A stretch of 64,000 nucleotides of DNA. Origin: a virus. Lineage: Duplodnaviria > Caudoviricetes. The notes beneath the pieces were generated by a model. The model was not told the origin of the DNA. It saw only the letters and a list, made by a program, of their open reading frames with translations, and searched no databases. The translations under genes and the position numbers were made by a program. Where the stretch lies: the IMG/VR virus record IMGVR_UViG_3300047321_000298, positions 32,001 to 96,000 of that record; one strand, written 5' to 3'. Below are positions 8,252 to 18,500 of the stretch, in pieces. Each line of letters starts with the position of its first letter. The first letter of the stretch is position 1.

Positions 8252-9496
8252 TCACCAATAAGGGACGTACTGATTAGCTGAAAGCTGCGTGAACCCTTTG
8301 GGGTTGCACAGAAGGTTCTGGCGCTGGCCTACGATCTGGGCCGGAATCAGGTTTAGGCCCTGCGTGCGCTCGACCGGTACCGACGTATAGAACGGGATAC
8401 GCGCGTCTGATCGGGTGGAACCTGGTACGGGCATCCACCCAACGGGGCCAAGAAGCACTGAATAGCCGGATGTCTGACCGTTCGTTGATTCGCCGCCCAT
8501 TAGCGTTGAGGGAACCACCCCGCTTGTTGAACCCTGCCTGTCGGTCGCTGCGTATGCCGGTATGGAATTACCGTTCGTGTCTTTAATCCACGCAGTAGGC
8601 TGCCCCAGCATGTAAACGCCGCTGTAGTTCGTGTTTGCCGGTGTTGTAGTCAGCGCACCCATCGGTATTTGAGGCGACACATCGAACGTGGGTGGAGCAT
8701 CTGATCCATACGAAAACAGATTGGACATCACGATTTCGTTGTTTGCCCACAGACCTATGGCCACGACCTCTGCGTCTGTCCGTTCTCTCGTTTCGTCGTC
8801 CGTCACCCACATATCGAACGATATATCGACCGAATGCAACACGAGGTTGTAGTTGGCAATCTCGTAGAAGAACGAAATCAGCGTGGAGATATCCAAGCCC
8901 TGTAATCCGCCCTGCGCGACAATCGCCACGTGCGTTGTCGGGTACCACGTGCCGCCTTCCCACAGAGGTGTACCGATAGCCGCGTCTCCGTCCTTGAAGA
9001 AGTGCACGTAATCCTGCGTCCACAGGCGTGACACCTGAAGCGATGAGCTTAGGCAGTAGTTGATGAAGTTGATAAACGACTGCGTGCCCTTGCCGAACCA
9101 GTAAGCACCGACCCAGCGCGCAATCGCCTGGTACGAGTCGTTGGATATGATCCCCGCGTTCATCAGCTTCATGCCAAGCATATTCACCTGTTTGACGAGA
9201 ATCTGACGTTCGGGCTGAGACCACGCCTCAAACGGGATTAACTGCGCTTCTTCGACATACTGTGTTTCCAGTGCAGGATTCGATACCCACATGTTTCGCA
9301 GATCACCCAGAATCTCGGTCGGAATATCGACTGAAGCTTCGAACACATCGTCAATCGCATCCATAAATTCAACGAAATATGGGTTCTGCGCCATGTACGG
9401 CGGAAGAAGGATTGAACGCGGGGTCCGGTACCCCAAACGCTTGTTCTCAACCGGATTCGTGGATGGAACATCCAGCGTGTACTGATATTGAGTCAT
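8252..9496 (-). CDS. Baseplate wedge subunit (P2 gpI / T4 gp7-like position)
   Basis: LLPPYM...EFMDAID N-terminus; follows the baseplate J-like gene. Confidence 0.6.
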   Translation of the reverse strand: MTQYQYTLDVPSTNPVENKRLGYRTPRSILLPPYMAQNPYFVEFMDAIDDVFEASVDIPTEILGDLRNMWVSNPALETQYVEEAQLIPFEAWSQPERQILVKQVNMLGMKLMNAGIISNDSYQAIARWVGAYWFGKGTQSFINFINYCLSSSLQVSRLWTQDYVHFFKDGDAAIGTPLWEGGTWYPTTHVAIVAQGGLQGLDISTLISFFYEIANYNLVLHSVDISFDMWVTDDETRERTDAEVVAIGLWANNEIVMSNLFSYGSDAPPTFDVSPQIPMGALTTTPANTNYSGVYMLGQPTAWIKDTNGNSIPAYAATDRQGSTSGVVPSTLMGGESTNGQTSGYSVLLGPVGWMPVPGSTRSDARIPFYTSVPVERTQGLNLIPAQIVGQRQNLLCNPKGFTQLSANQYVPYW

Positions 9497-9505
9497 GGAT
9501 CATCC

Positions 9506-11353
9506 TTAACCTATCGAGCTACGTGACGGCTGGCCTGAATCGATCTGCTGCTGACGCTCTGAATAGAACACGTTGATAACCGGAGGCTGAGCCAGCGTGT
9601 TGTACTGGATAGGCGTGTTAGCTATCGTTGTGGGCGTCGGTCCTGAAGGCGTCAGTGTCCCGTTGTCCGTGAACGTGTAGGTAGCTGCGGATGTTGCCGG
9701 AACCGTCGTCAGAATCCCCAAGCTTGCGCCCGGTGCACGTCCCCACACTGTGTACGATGCAGCGTCCATCACTGCGGGCCAGGTCAGCGTGATTCCGTAG
9801 TCGGCGGTTGTCGAAATGACTTGAGGGAATACCCAGTTCGTTGGGGTTCCCGACTGCCCATTCGTCAACGTCGTTGAAATCGCATAGCCGTACACCAGTT
9901 CACCAAGCGAGCCGCCACCTGGAACGAGCGTGTACGTGATCTGCGGGCTTGTTGGAGCCGTCACGATCATCGGCCCTGTCGGAGACAACACTTCTACGTA
10001 CGAAATCTGTCCGGGGCTCGATTTGAATGCTGCGCGCTCAAGATCGGATTCATAGAAGTTCGTCCGAAGCAGGCCGGGGCGTGGAGCAAACAGCTTTATG
10101 ATCGCGTCCGTCACCTGCGTCTGCACCTGTTGCGGAAGCGCAGAGTTGAAGATGTAGACGTTCATCTGCACGGTGCGAGGGACCGCAATGGGCTCCTGCC
10201 ACAGGAAATAGCATGAGTACATGCTCACAGCCTGACAGTAGTCCGTGAACTCCTTGATCTGCGCTTGTGACCATGGGCTAGTGGTCAGTCCCGACACGCG
10301 GATCACGTTCATCCAGCGGTAGTCGCTCGGATTGATTTCGCGCTGCGCTTGTGTCACCGCATCAACGATTCCGGGAAACGTTGCGACGGTCGCGAGATAC
10401 TGCGATTTTGTGACTGCTGATTGATACGTGCCGAACCCGCCTGATGCCACGTTTTTGTACGCGAGAGTCGGATTCTGGTTCGATCCGCCTTGCGGATTGT
10501 CAGTCATCACGCCATAGATCAACGGGAATCCGGTGACCGTGACTTGCGTGCCCGATGTCGTCAGCGAGTTGCCGTTTGCACCATGAGTCACCGGGTACGT
10601 GATAACGACCGTGTCAGAGACTTGCGGAATCGAGCCGAACGCTTGCAACGTGCCGAACTGCGCAGACGTTCCGCCCAGGTTGCCGAATTGCAGGAGCAGG
10701 CGTCCATCGCTTGTCGTAATGTCCGCGTATCCCGGGAGTCCATCGAAGTTCCACAGACCGCCATACGATTTCGGGATTATCGTGCTGTTGATCTGAACAG
10801 TCACGTCCTGATCAGAGACCACAAACGCATCTTGCGAACCCACAAACGTCTGGCGCTCGGTGCCCAGGCCGTTCATCTGGTAAGAGTACAGTTGCCCCTC
10901 ATACAGCGTCACAGCCAGCGGAATATTCGCTTTGAAGGTCAGCGCATCACGGTTGAAGAAGTAGTTACCAGCGGCTGAGAATTGCGTGTAGGGCGGAAGC
11001 GTGACATCGACCGGGCTCGTGATTGACGCGGGAGCCTGAGCGGGCAGGCAGCGAGCAATACGCAGGCCCTGCATTTGCGTGATTGACAGGATCGCTGAAT
11101 CTGACTGTGCGGTTTCAGCGAATGCATCCTCCGCTTCGCGGATCACACGGCCTTGTGCAAATGTCCCGACAGTCGAAACCAGTTCGATTAGCGTCTGTGA
11201 GGTCTGCGTCGTGAGGTTACCGACCCAAACAGGTTTCTGTTGCAAATAGGCTTGAAACTGCTGCACGAATTGATCGACATCGGCAGTCAGATCGCTCAGT
11301 ACAAGCGTTACTGCTGGCGTCGATGTGGTGCTTGAGGTAGCGGGCGTAGACAT
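9506..11353 (-). CDS. Baseplate wedge protein (gpJ / T4 gp6-like)
   Basis: ETAQ...ILSI...G motif, GG...AVTKSQY motif; follows gp25. Confidence 0.8.
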   Translation of the reverse strand: MSTPATSSTTSTPAVTLVLSDLTADVDQFVQQFQAYLQQKPVWVGNLTTQTSQTLIELVSTVGTFAQGRVIREAEDAFAETAQSDSAILSITQMQGLRIARCLPAQAPASITSPVDVTLPPYTQFSAAGNYFFNRDALTFKANIPLAVTLYEGQLYSYQMNGLGTERQTFVGSQDAFVVSDQDVTVQINSTIIPKSYGGLWNFDGLPGYADITTSDGRLLLQFGNLGGTSAQFGTLQAFGSIPQVSDTVVITYPVTHGANGNSLTTSGTQVTVTGFPLIYGVMTDNPQGGSNQNPTLAYKNVASGGFGTYQSAVTKSQYLATVATFPGIVDAVTQAQREINPSDYRWMNVIRVSGLTTSPWSQAQIKEFTDYCQAVSMYSCYFLWQEPIAVPRTVQMNVYIFNSALPQQVQTQVTDAIIKLFAPRPGLLRTNFYESDLERAAFKSSPGQISYVEVLSPTGPMIVTAPTSPQITYTLVPGGGSLGELVYGYAISTTLTNGQSGTPTNWVFPQVISTTADYGITLTWPAVMDAASYTVWGRAPGASLGILTTVPATSAATYTFTDNGTLTPSGPTPTTIANTPIQYNTLAQPPVINVFYSERQQQIDSGQPSRSSIG

Positions 11354-11363
11354 GAATTAAGCC

Positions 11364-11786
11364 TTACGTATTTGTTGTACTCACACTGAAACTGACGGCG
11401 GAAGGCTGTAGATTCAGATTGATGGTGAATGCGATACGCACCTGATACCCCGGTAGCGTCATATCAGGCGTCACATACGAGTTCGAGTTATCGAGCGTGA
11501 TTCGTGGCTCCCACCGCTGTAGAGCCTGGATCATCGCCACGTTCATTTTGTTCGCGGTTGATTGATCAATTGGTTCTTGCAGGAACTGGTACCAGAGGGA
11601 GCCATACAGCGGCTGGAAGATTCGGGAGCGTGCGCCAATCGCACAGTTGCAGATGTTGTAGATCGAGTTCTGGACTGCCAGGACGTTCGGCAGTCGGTCC
11701 GGGGCAGCGTTCAGCGTGACAAGACTATTTACGTCGATCCACGTTGCCCCGTTTAGCGAGATTTGGTAATTCGTTAGTTGTGCCAT
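11364..11786 (-). CDS. Baseplate wedge subunit gp25 / gpW-like
   Basis: IGARSRIFQPLYGS...FLQEP...ALQRWEPRI. Confidence 0.85.
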   Translation of the reverse strand: MAQLTNYQISLNGATWIDVNSLVTLNAAPDRLPNVLAVQNSIYNICNCAIGARSRIFQPLYGSLWYQFLQEPIDQSTANKMNVAMIQALQRWEPRITLDNSNSYVTPDMTLPGYQVRIAFTINLNLQPSAVSFSVSTTNT

Positions 11787-11791
11787 GGCTA

Positions 11792-12577
11792 TCAAATATG
11801 CGGGGTAGGTGTGTTGGTATTGCGTTGCGCTCCATCATCGTCGTACACATGGAAATGTTCGTTGTAGAACGTGCGCATGTTCGCCATCGTTTGTCCGTTG
11901 CCGGTGCTCGTGCTGTCCGTGATGTCACCGCCAGCCGAAATCGTTGTGCTTGCGAGGACAGGGCCGTTGAACTGATGGACAGATGCTGTGTATGACGCTG
12001 GGCCCGACGCGTTCAGGTTGTACGCTGAGCAATTGATGTTTGCGGTGCCCGTCACCTGAAACTGCAGATTCCCTGACACCTGATGCGTTTCGTTGGCCTT
12101 TACCACGTGGATCACGTTACCGGCTTGATCGTAGGAAACCGTGTCGCCTGACTGATGGGTCCATACCCAGGTACCGGCTGACATATCGACTTGCAGCGAA
12201 TTGCCCTGCGGATCGACAAAGCCCCATCGGGTCGGTACGTTGAACCACGGATGTGCGTTAGGTTGCGTGTACAGCGTCTGATACAGGGGCTTGTGCTCAT
12301 CCCCGTTCTGAAGCTCTACCATGACCGTAGACCCCACCTGCGGGAAGCCGTAGACCCCATAGGGGCCCTTTGGTCCGGTACCGAAACCAAAAGGGGAGTC
12401 CTTGATTGCGCCAATCCACGGAACAGCGCCCTGCGTTGGATCGAACAGGCCGGGTACCGTTGCCTGGACTCGCGCGATACCCAATGAGTCCGTGTTCACA
12501 GACACAGTGCCCGCGTAATAGCCTTGCCCGTAGTCTTCTTTGTGTTGAACAGCATCATTGATCGTGTTGAGCGGCAT
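11792..12577 (-). CDS. Baseplate central spike (gp5 OB-fold / gpV-like)
   Basis: D..GIARVQ..VPGL, PQVGSTVMV OB-fold; C-terminal HxH apex motif (EHFH). Confidence 0.85.
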   Translation of the reverse strand: MPLNTINDAVQHKEDYGQGYYAGTVSVNTDSLGIARVQATVPGLFDPTQGAVPWIGAIKDSPFGFGTGPKGPYGVYGFPQVGSTVMVELQNGDEHKPLYQTLYTQPNAHPWFNVPTRWGFVDPQGNSLQVDMSAGTWVWTHQSGDTVSYDQAGNVIHVVKANETHQVSGNLQFQVTGTANINCSAYNLNASGPASYTASVHQFNGPVLASTTISAGGDITDSTSTGNGQTMANMRTFYNEHFHVYDDDGAQRNTNTPTPHI

Positions 12578-12580
12578 AAA

Positions 12581-13702
12581 TCACCCTGACGTATAGGGGG
12601 TATTCACACCTTGGCGAACACCCAAAATCTTTTCTGCGTATTGAGCACCAGTCACCAGAAGCGAACGACCGCCCACGATGTACGTACCTGAGTACGCTAT
12701 GTCCTGCTTGTTCACATCGGAGTCCACGGCAAACGTGAACGTATCGAGAAGCCTGAACGTCGTAGGCGTCTGGATCAGAAACTCGACATCGAGCGAATAC
12801 AGATTCGCGATGCGCATGTTCTGGTAAATCGCGCTCTCATAGTTCGCATGCGTGTTGCCTACGTCGATCCCCCCGAACGACTGATATCCCCGCGCGACGG
12901 TCTGCTTAACCGTTGAGTTGAAGAGGGGACTTGAAACGTCGGGCGAGAACGTGACCTGTTCGTTCGCTGTACTAAGATTCGCGCCGACCATAGATTGCGC
13001 ATATCGGGTGTTCTGATACCCCGTCATCTTGTTTGCGATCCCCGATTTCGCTTTCGGGTTGTAGTCGGCTGCTGTGTAAGCTCCAGACTGATACTCGCCA
13101 AGAATCACTGTCTGCGTCGGTCCCGGAAGCTTCGTCACGTCGCGATAGACCATTGATCCATCGGGATTGACGCCTAGCTCCATATACGAGGTTGCTGATG
13201 CATAGCCACGACGCTTTATGATGTTTGCAAACTCACCGTACGTACGATTGCGGGGCATCCATAGCTGTGCGTCGTTTGTTGAGTCTCCAGAGAACGACAT
13301 TCCGCATTTGCTTGCGATCTGCTGGAGCGCGGCGCTTGACGTACCCTGAATTCCACCTATCGAGGTGCCCGCCCAATACAGAGGGAGGTCCAGATATCCA
13401 TCCACCTCGTAGGTGAAGCCGTTACCGTTGAAATCCTTCGTATGGTGAAACTTCCGGAAGTTGTAGGTAACGGTAGGAGAAGCCAGCGGTTTCAGCGTTA
13501 TGCGCAGTGGTATGCCGTCCTGAAGCTCAAGCTGATCGAGCGAGTGCAAACCATCGAAGATGGAGAAGTGACAGAGCGGCAGGATTCCACGCGTCCACCA
13601 ACTGATCTTGAGGAAGTTGAGCGTGTTGATCGATTCGAGCGGAAATTCCTGATTGTTTATGAACAGCGATACTTCAATTTTCCCCTCAACAACGTATCCC
13701 AT
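12581..13702 (-). CDS. Baseplate hub protein (gp27 / gpD-like)
   Basis: Size, beta-rich composition and position upstream of the spike. Confidence 0.65.
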   Translation of the reverse strand: MGYVVEGKIEVSLFINNQEFPLESINTLNFLKISWWTRGILPLCHFSIFDGLHSLDQLELQDGIPLRITLKPLASPTVTYNFRKFHHTKDFNGNGFTYEVDGYLDLPLYWAGTSIGGIQGTSSAALQQIASKCGMSFSGDSTNDAQLWMPRNRTYGEFANIIKRRGYASATSYMELGVNPDGSMVYRDVTKLPGPTQTVILGEYQSGAYTAADYNPKAKSGIANKMTGYQNTRYAQSMVGANLSTANEQVTFSPDVSSPLFNSTVKQTVARGYQSFGGIDVGNTHANYESAIYQNMRIANLYSLDVEFLIQTPTTFRLLDTFTFAVDSDVNKQDIAYSGTYIVGGRSLLVTGAQYAEKILGVRQGVNTPYTSG

Positions 13703-13709
13703 TTGTACC

Positions 13710-14060
13710 TCAGATCGTTACCGACGCCTGCTGAGTGGACTTCTGCTTACTCAGGTATGCGAGCAGCGCGCTCTTCGTCGGTATGTTCAAAACAATGCCA
13801 ATCGCTATATCTGAAAGCGGATCGGAATAGCCGTTGTATGCGAGCAGGCCGCGCCATAGCGAGGTATCACCAAAGAACCGATAGCTGAGACCCGGCAGGT
13901 TTGCCATATCGGTTGCAGTCAGTTGGTACTGCGTCTGCGGCTGCACGTTGAACCGTATATTTTTGTACGCGGACCGAAAGATGTCGTAGTTCTGTCCGGT
14001 TGAATCCAATGGCGTATAGTTCGACCAGTTGAAGTCTCCGGTGTAGCCAATAAAAGGCAT
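13710..14060 (-). CDS. Baseplate protein gp53 / tail X (LysM-like)
   Basis: LPGLSYRFFGDTSLWRGLLAYNG..DPL...G.VLNIP. Confidence 0.75.
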   Translation of the reverse strand: MPFIGYTGDFNWSNYTPLDSTGQNYDIFRSAYKNIRFNVQPQTQYQLTATDMANLPGLSYRFFGDTSLWRGLLAYNGYSDPLSDIAIGIVLNIPTKSALLAYLSKQKSTQQASVTI

Positions 14061-14071
14061 GAGTCACCCCA

Positions 14072-15031
14072 TCAAAGACTGAATGTGTAAGCTGAATTTC
14101 CCGACACGCCGAACGAGTTGGATTGAGGACTGCCAGCGCCTGGAGGGAGGGAGAACTGCGAAGCGGATGCCGTAGCTGGAGTTGAGTTCGCACCTGGATT
14201 AACAAACAACGATTCCAGATCGCCCTGTGTCAGCATGAACAGGGGCTTGAACCTCACCGATACGCGTGCGTGGTGTGGAAGCCCCGTCTTTGCGTCGAAG
14301 TTCGACAAGAACGTCTGACGCACTCCAGTGACCACCACCGAATCGAACTTCAGATAGTTGCCAATCCAGATCGTGATCGGATTCTTGACCAGCGATTTCC
14401 AGTAGGCTGCGGAGCCAATGCCTGGGTTCTGCGTGATCGACTGTACCGCTGCGCTGTTCGAGCCGTCCGTTGTCTGCGTATTCGGGTCGGTCATCTGACC
14501 GGACTGCGTGTTGATGCCCAACTGACTAGCGGCACCGCCTGCTAAGTTTGATGCGCCGTTAAACACCGCACCCAGTACGGACGAGCCGGACGCAAAAGCG
14601 GTCTGCAAAGTAGTGACCGCTGCGGAGCCCGCAGCCGCCCAATCGATGTAGGGTCCTGGGCTTGACAGAAAACCAGTAGCCGAACTTACTGAAGGCATCA
14701 CCATCTTCAATAGATTCACGATGTTATTGCGCACATCGGCTACAGGATCGGATTCTGTGTGGAATTCAATCTCAACAGCCAGTTCGGTATCGGTTGACCC
14801 CGACCAAAGCTGTGCGGTAAATGCCTGCACCGCAAGCTTGGTTCCCATTAGAGCCGCACCGATGTTGATTACCTTATTGTTGCTCAGGCCCTGAGGGAGC
14901 ATCTGCTCATAGGCCGCGCCCACATCCATTTCAAACTGTTCAGGCATTGGTGCTTCTACGGTGAGCGTGCTGGACCCAGAATTGTTAGACAGCGTCTGCT
15001 GTATAAGCACAACATAGTTCGTATTCGCCAT
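14072..15031 (-). CDS. Tail tube initiator / baseplate protein (gp48-like)
   Basis: LWSGS...LAVEIEF...GNYLKFDSVVVTGV tube-like fold pattern; position. Confidence 0.55.
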   Translation of the reverse strand: MANTNYVVLIQQTLSNNSGSSTLTVEAPMPEQFEMDVGAAYEQMLPQGLSNNKVINIGAALMGTKLAVQAFTAQLWSGSTDTELAVEIEFHTESDPVADVRNNIVNLLKMVMPSVSSATGFLSSPGPYIDWAAAGSAAVTTLQTAFASGSSVLGAVFNGASNLAGGAASQLGINTQSGQMTDPNTQTTDGSNSAAVQSITQNPGIGSAAYWKSLVKNPITIWIGNYLKFDSVVVTGVRQTFLSNFDAKTGLPHHARVSVRFKPLFMLTQGDLESLFVNPGANSTPATASASQFSLPPGAGSPQSNSFGVSGNSAYTFSL

Positions 15032-15038
15032 AGCTATC

Positions 15039-16463
15039 TCACGTATTTACTGCGATCATTTCGCCGTTTTTGCCGGTCAAGATCGTTTTGCTTCCTGATG
15101 GCTGAGGCAGCAAGCCGCCCGCTCCTGGCTGCGACTGCGCGACCTTCGATGGAGTTGCTGCTGCGTTTGATATCGTGGTTCCGGGCTGCACCGAGACACC
15201 AGAGTCAGCTACTCTTGTGGGGTTCGCATTGCTAGCAAGCAACGCGATGACTTCGCGTGCGCGGTTGCCGACCTGTGTGAACCATGCGCTCGAAGTCAGA
15301 GATTGAACCGCGCCTTCGATGTTGAACATCTGCATGAACTTGGTGAACTGCGGCCAGCGCTTCCACCACGACGCACCCATGTTGTACGTAAGGTCGATCA
15401 GTGCCCCCTGACCCTTGGGGTTCAGCCGGTCGAAGTTTGGAATCTGCATTGCAGCTTTCTTGTGAGACTCGAAGTCCTTATCGAACAGAGCCATCACTTC
15501 CTGCATGCTGAATTCACGGTTCCACTCCGGGGGCAGTGATCTACCGTCACCGATCAGGTGACCCACGCCCACGGTCCACAATCCACGCGAGTCCTTATAG
15601 GGCTTCGTCTTCACACCCTCGTGGCGCATGATCATTTTCTTGGTGTCTGCGTCACTGCCGGACAGATTGGTTGCCGCTGCGTCGCCTGCTGCGTGCGGTG
15701 CTTCAGCAACAATCGCTCTACCACTGTCCGCAACGGTTGGCTGCGAGGGTGCTACCGGCTGCGAGGGCGCTACGTATGAGCTACCCTGATCTGCGGTTGT
15801 CGGCGCTTCGGAAACCTCCGCCCGTTCCGCTGCGTTAGCAAAGTCTGGCTCACTGGCTACGTCCGTAGGTGAGCCAGTGGACGAACCCTTGAAAAACTTG
15901 TCGTAGACATACCAGGCCAAAGCCGCTGCACCACCGGCAAGCGCGATGAATGGCCACAGTTCCGGATTGACCCCGATGAACTCAAGAACGCCCATGAAGA
16001 TAGGGCGGATCAGCCACTCAAGGACACCGCGAATCGCATTCCGGACGACGGTTTTAACTACGTCCCATATCGCTTCCAGCGCATAGCGCATGATGCGTTT
16101 GATGACGGTCTTGAGCACCTTCTTGATCGTGCGTTCGACTATGCTCTTGATCAGTTTCTTACCAAGGCTTTTGAAGAAGTCCGCGCGCTCGCGCTTCTTC
16201 ATTTCTTCGATGATGTCTGCTGATTCGAGCATCGCTTTTACGATGTCGTCCTTGTCAGCGTCTGTTAGCTTCGAAGAGTGATACTCGCCCAACGCCTCGA
16301 ACGTCCATTCAACAGTTGGTGTGTTCTTTGCGTTGGGCACCACCATGATGTCCAGCAGATCGTCTAGCGGCATTTCACCAAGAGATGCCATGATCCGATC
16401 TTCATCACGGTCGTCTGATTCCTTGTAGGGAACCAGGGACGCAGCATCCATTAGTGTTTGCAT
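15039..16463 (-). CDS. Tail-associated protein with T4-type (GH24) lysozyme domain
   Basis: HEGVKTKPYKDSRGLWTVGVGHL has the E-x8-D-x5-T catalytic spacing of T4 lysozyme. Confidence 0.85.
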   Translation of the reverse strand: MQTLMDAASLVPYKESDDRDEDRIMASLGEMPLDDLLDIMVVPNAKNTPTVEWTFEALGEYHSSKLTDADKDDIVKAMLESADIIEEMKKRERADFFKSLGKKLIKSIVERTIKKVLKTVIKRIMRYALEAIWDVVKTVVRNAIRGVLEWLIRPIFMGVLEFIGVNPELWPFIALAGGAAALAWYVYDKFFKGSSTGSPTDVASEPDFANAAERAEVSEAPTTADQGSSYVAPSQPVAPSQPTVADSGRAIVAEAPHAAGDAAATNLSGSDADTKKMIMRHEGVKTKPYKDSRGLWTVGVGHLIGDGRSLPPEWNREFSMQEVMALFDKDFESHKKAAMQIPNFDRLNPKGQGALIDLTYNMGASWWKRWPQFTKFMQMFNIEGAVQSLTSSAWFTQVGNRAREVIALLASNANPTRVADSGVSVQPGTTISNAAATPSKVAQSQPGAGGLLPQPSGSKTILTGKNGEMIAVNT

Positions 16464-16465
16464 TA

Positions 16466-18331
16466 CTAGCCTGTGAAGTACGGTGTGTTCATCATCATCA
16501 GCGAATCATCAGTGCCCGTATGGAAGTTGAACGTTGACATGCCGATCTGAGGACCACCCTTTGAAGGACGGTTATCTCCAGTCCCAGCAGAAGCGCCCAT
16601 ACCTGCGGCAACCCCTGTGTTGGGGACTGCAACACCCGCCGTCATAGAAGCGGATTGAGCAGGCGCAGAGGTCGTTGATGTCGTGTTGCTGATTGAGGTC
16701 GGACCCGATACGGACGAGCGATTTCCGCCAATCGTCGTAGTCGAACCACCAACATTCACCGAAGATTCGCCCGGGTTCGTGGTGCTGCCACCAACTGAGG
16801 TTGTCGAACCTTCGAGGTTGACCTTGTCGGCACCGACAGTAATTCCCAGCTTGTTCGCAACCCACGACTGCCAACTTTGATGGCCCTCGCCAGGTGTGCC
16901 CTTCGCTACGGCGTTCGGGTTGCGGTCCTTGTTTGCCGCATCCATCTTTGCCATTTCCGCCTTTTGTTCGGGCGTCAGGTTGTTCAGGTCTGCGTGGCCC
17001 GCCTTAGGTCCCGTGAGCTTCGCTGCCGGACCATTGCGTGACGCGTCAACCTCCTGCTGAGTTACTGTGTCGGACTTCGGATGCAGCTTTTCGAGCACCC
17101 AATCGAGCACCTCATGCGCCTGTTTCCCGACCCAATCCCACGCTTCACCGACCGCCTTTTTAAGGTTGTCCCACGTCGCGTACTTGGTGATCAGATCACC
17201 GATTGTCTTGAACAGTTGCGGATTCGTTGCCATCAGGAGCAGGGCACCGCCCAATGTCTTCAGCCAACCCCAGCCATCGTCGTCGCTGCTCTTCTTCTTG
17301 CTCTTTGAAGGATCACCGACAATCGACTTGTACGAGTTCCAGAACGTGTCTGCTCTGTTCTCGTCCTCTTCCTTCTGATCTACGGTTGAGTCGTCGTCCT
17401 TTTGCAGGAAGTCCATCAGCTTCTGGTAAAGCGATGTCTGGTCTGATGCTGCCTTCGTGATTGCCTGCTCTGCGGCCGAACTCAGCGATATTGAACCTGA
17501 AGCAACAGACGACTTCGTGTGAGGCTCCATACCTCCGGTCTGATCCGTCAATGCCTTTGGCCCACTCGGCTGCACAAGTTGCATCGCGCTGTCTGCAATC
17601 GTGTGAGGCTCCATGTCAATCACGTCGTGCATCGCGTGACGTTGTTGAAGCGGAACCAACGCGTTGTTCGTCGCGCCGTGTGGAGCGGGAAGGGCTAGCG
17701 CTCCAGCATGTGGCGCATGGGCCTGCTTTGCCGCACGTTCCTTGTTGATCTGTTCCGCAAGATCGCGAAGCGTCGTCTTGAACACGTCGGCAATCTTTTC
17801 GACCAGCGACGTTTCGCGAGTCTGCCAGCGATTCGCATCAGCTTCGAGCAGCGACTCTTCCAGCAAGTCGTTCGCAGCAAGTAAATCGCTAGTCGAAGGA
17901 AGATCAGTCGGCAGCGCCTCGTGCACACCTGTGAAGCCGGTGTTCATCGTCTTCGTCAAATCCTCGTTGGATTCGAGGGCAGACAGTTCGATGAATTCCT
18001 TGATCGTTCCGACTATGTTCGGCTCGATTGTCTGGAGTGCTGCGTTGAGCGCCTTCTCGTAGGCCGTCAGGTTGTCTGCGTTGTCTTCGCGGATACCTTG
18101 CTCCAACTGCGCGTACGACGCTTCGAATTTCTTCGCCTGCACTTCGGATGCGGAGATTGCTTGTGCGAATGTCGTTGCTGCCAGAGACGAAAGACCGTTC
18201 AGGACCGAAGAGACGCGCGAGAAGTCTGCGGTGGATGCCCGACCCTGAACGATGTTGTTGAGTGACGAGCCTGCGCTGTTTTGCAGGCTCTGCCATTTCT
18301 TTGATGCCTGATCACTATTGAACCCAGCCAT
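16466..18331 (-). CDS. Tape-measure-like protein
   Basis: Helical, Ala/Ser-rich, Trp-spaced segment; lies between chaperone-like genes and the lysozyme gene. Confidence 0.6.
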   Translation of the reverse strand: MAGFNSDQASKKWQSLQNSAGSSLNNIVQGRASTADFSRVSSVLNGLSSLAATTFAQAISASEVQAKKFEASYAQLEQGIREDNADNLTAYEKALNAALQTIEPNIVGTIKEFIELSALESNEDLTKTMNTGFTGVHEALPTDLPSTSDLLAANDLLEESLLEADANRWQTRETSLVEKIADVFKTTLRDLAEQINKERAAKQAHAPHAGALALPAPHGATNNALVPLQQRHAMHDVIDMEPHTIADSAMQLVQPSGPKALTDQTGGMEPHTKSSVASGSISLSSAAEQAITKAASDQTSLYQKLMDFLQKDDDSTVDQKEEDENRADTFWNSYKSIVGDPSKSKKKSSDDDGWGWLKTLGGALLLMATNPQLFKTIGDLITKYATWDNLKKAVGEAWDWVGKQAHEVLDWVLEKLHPKSDTVTQQEVDASRNGPAAKLTGPKAGHADLNNLTPEQKAEMAKMDAANKDRNPNAVAKGTPGEGHQSWQSWVANKLGITVGADKVNLEGSTTSVGGSTTNPGESSVNVGGSTTTIGGNRSSVSGPTSISNTTSTTSAPAQSASMTAGVAVPNTGVAAGMGASAGTGDNRPSKGGPQIGMSTFNFHTGTDDSLMMMNTPYFTG

Positions 18332-18334
18332 CTT

Positions 18335-18487
18335 TTACCCCACGTACTGTTTTCCTTCCTGTGCCGCTTTGATACGGTCATCCCGCCGCGCCTGAGCAGC
18401 ATCGGAAAACTGCTGGAACTTATAGATAGGAGTGTCCTCGCTGACCTGAACTCCGTACTCGCTCAGAATCAGCAGTTCCCTATCCAT
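18335..18487 (-). CDS. Small gp51-like baseplate/tail assembly protein
   Basis: 50 aa ORF directly after the gp26-like gene, as in T4-like phages. Confidence 0.5.
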   Translation of the reverse strand: MDRELLILSEYGVQVSEDTPIYKFQQFSDAAQARRDDRIKAAQEGKQYVG

Positions 18488-18500
18488 CACTTCCTTGGCG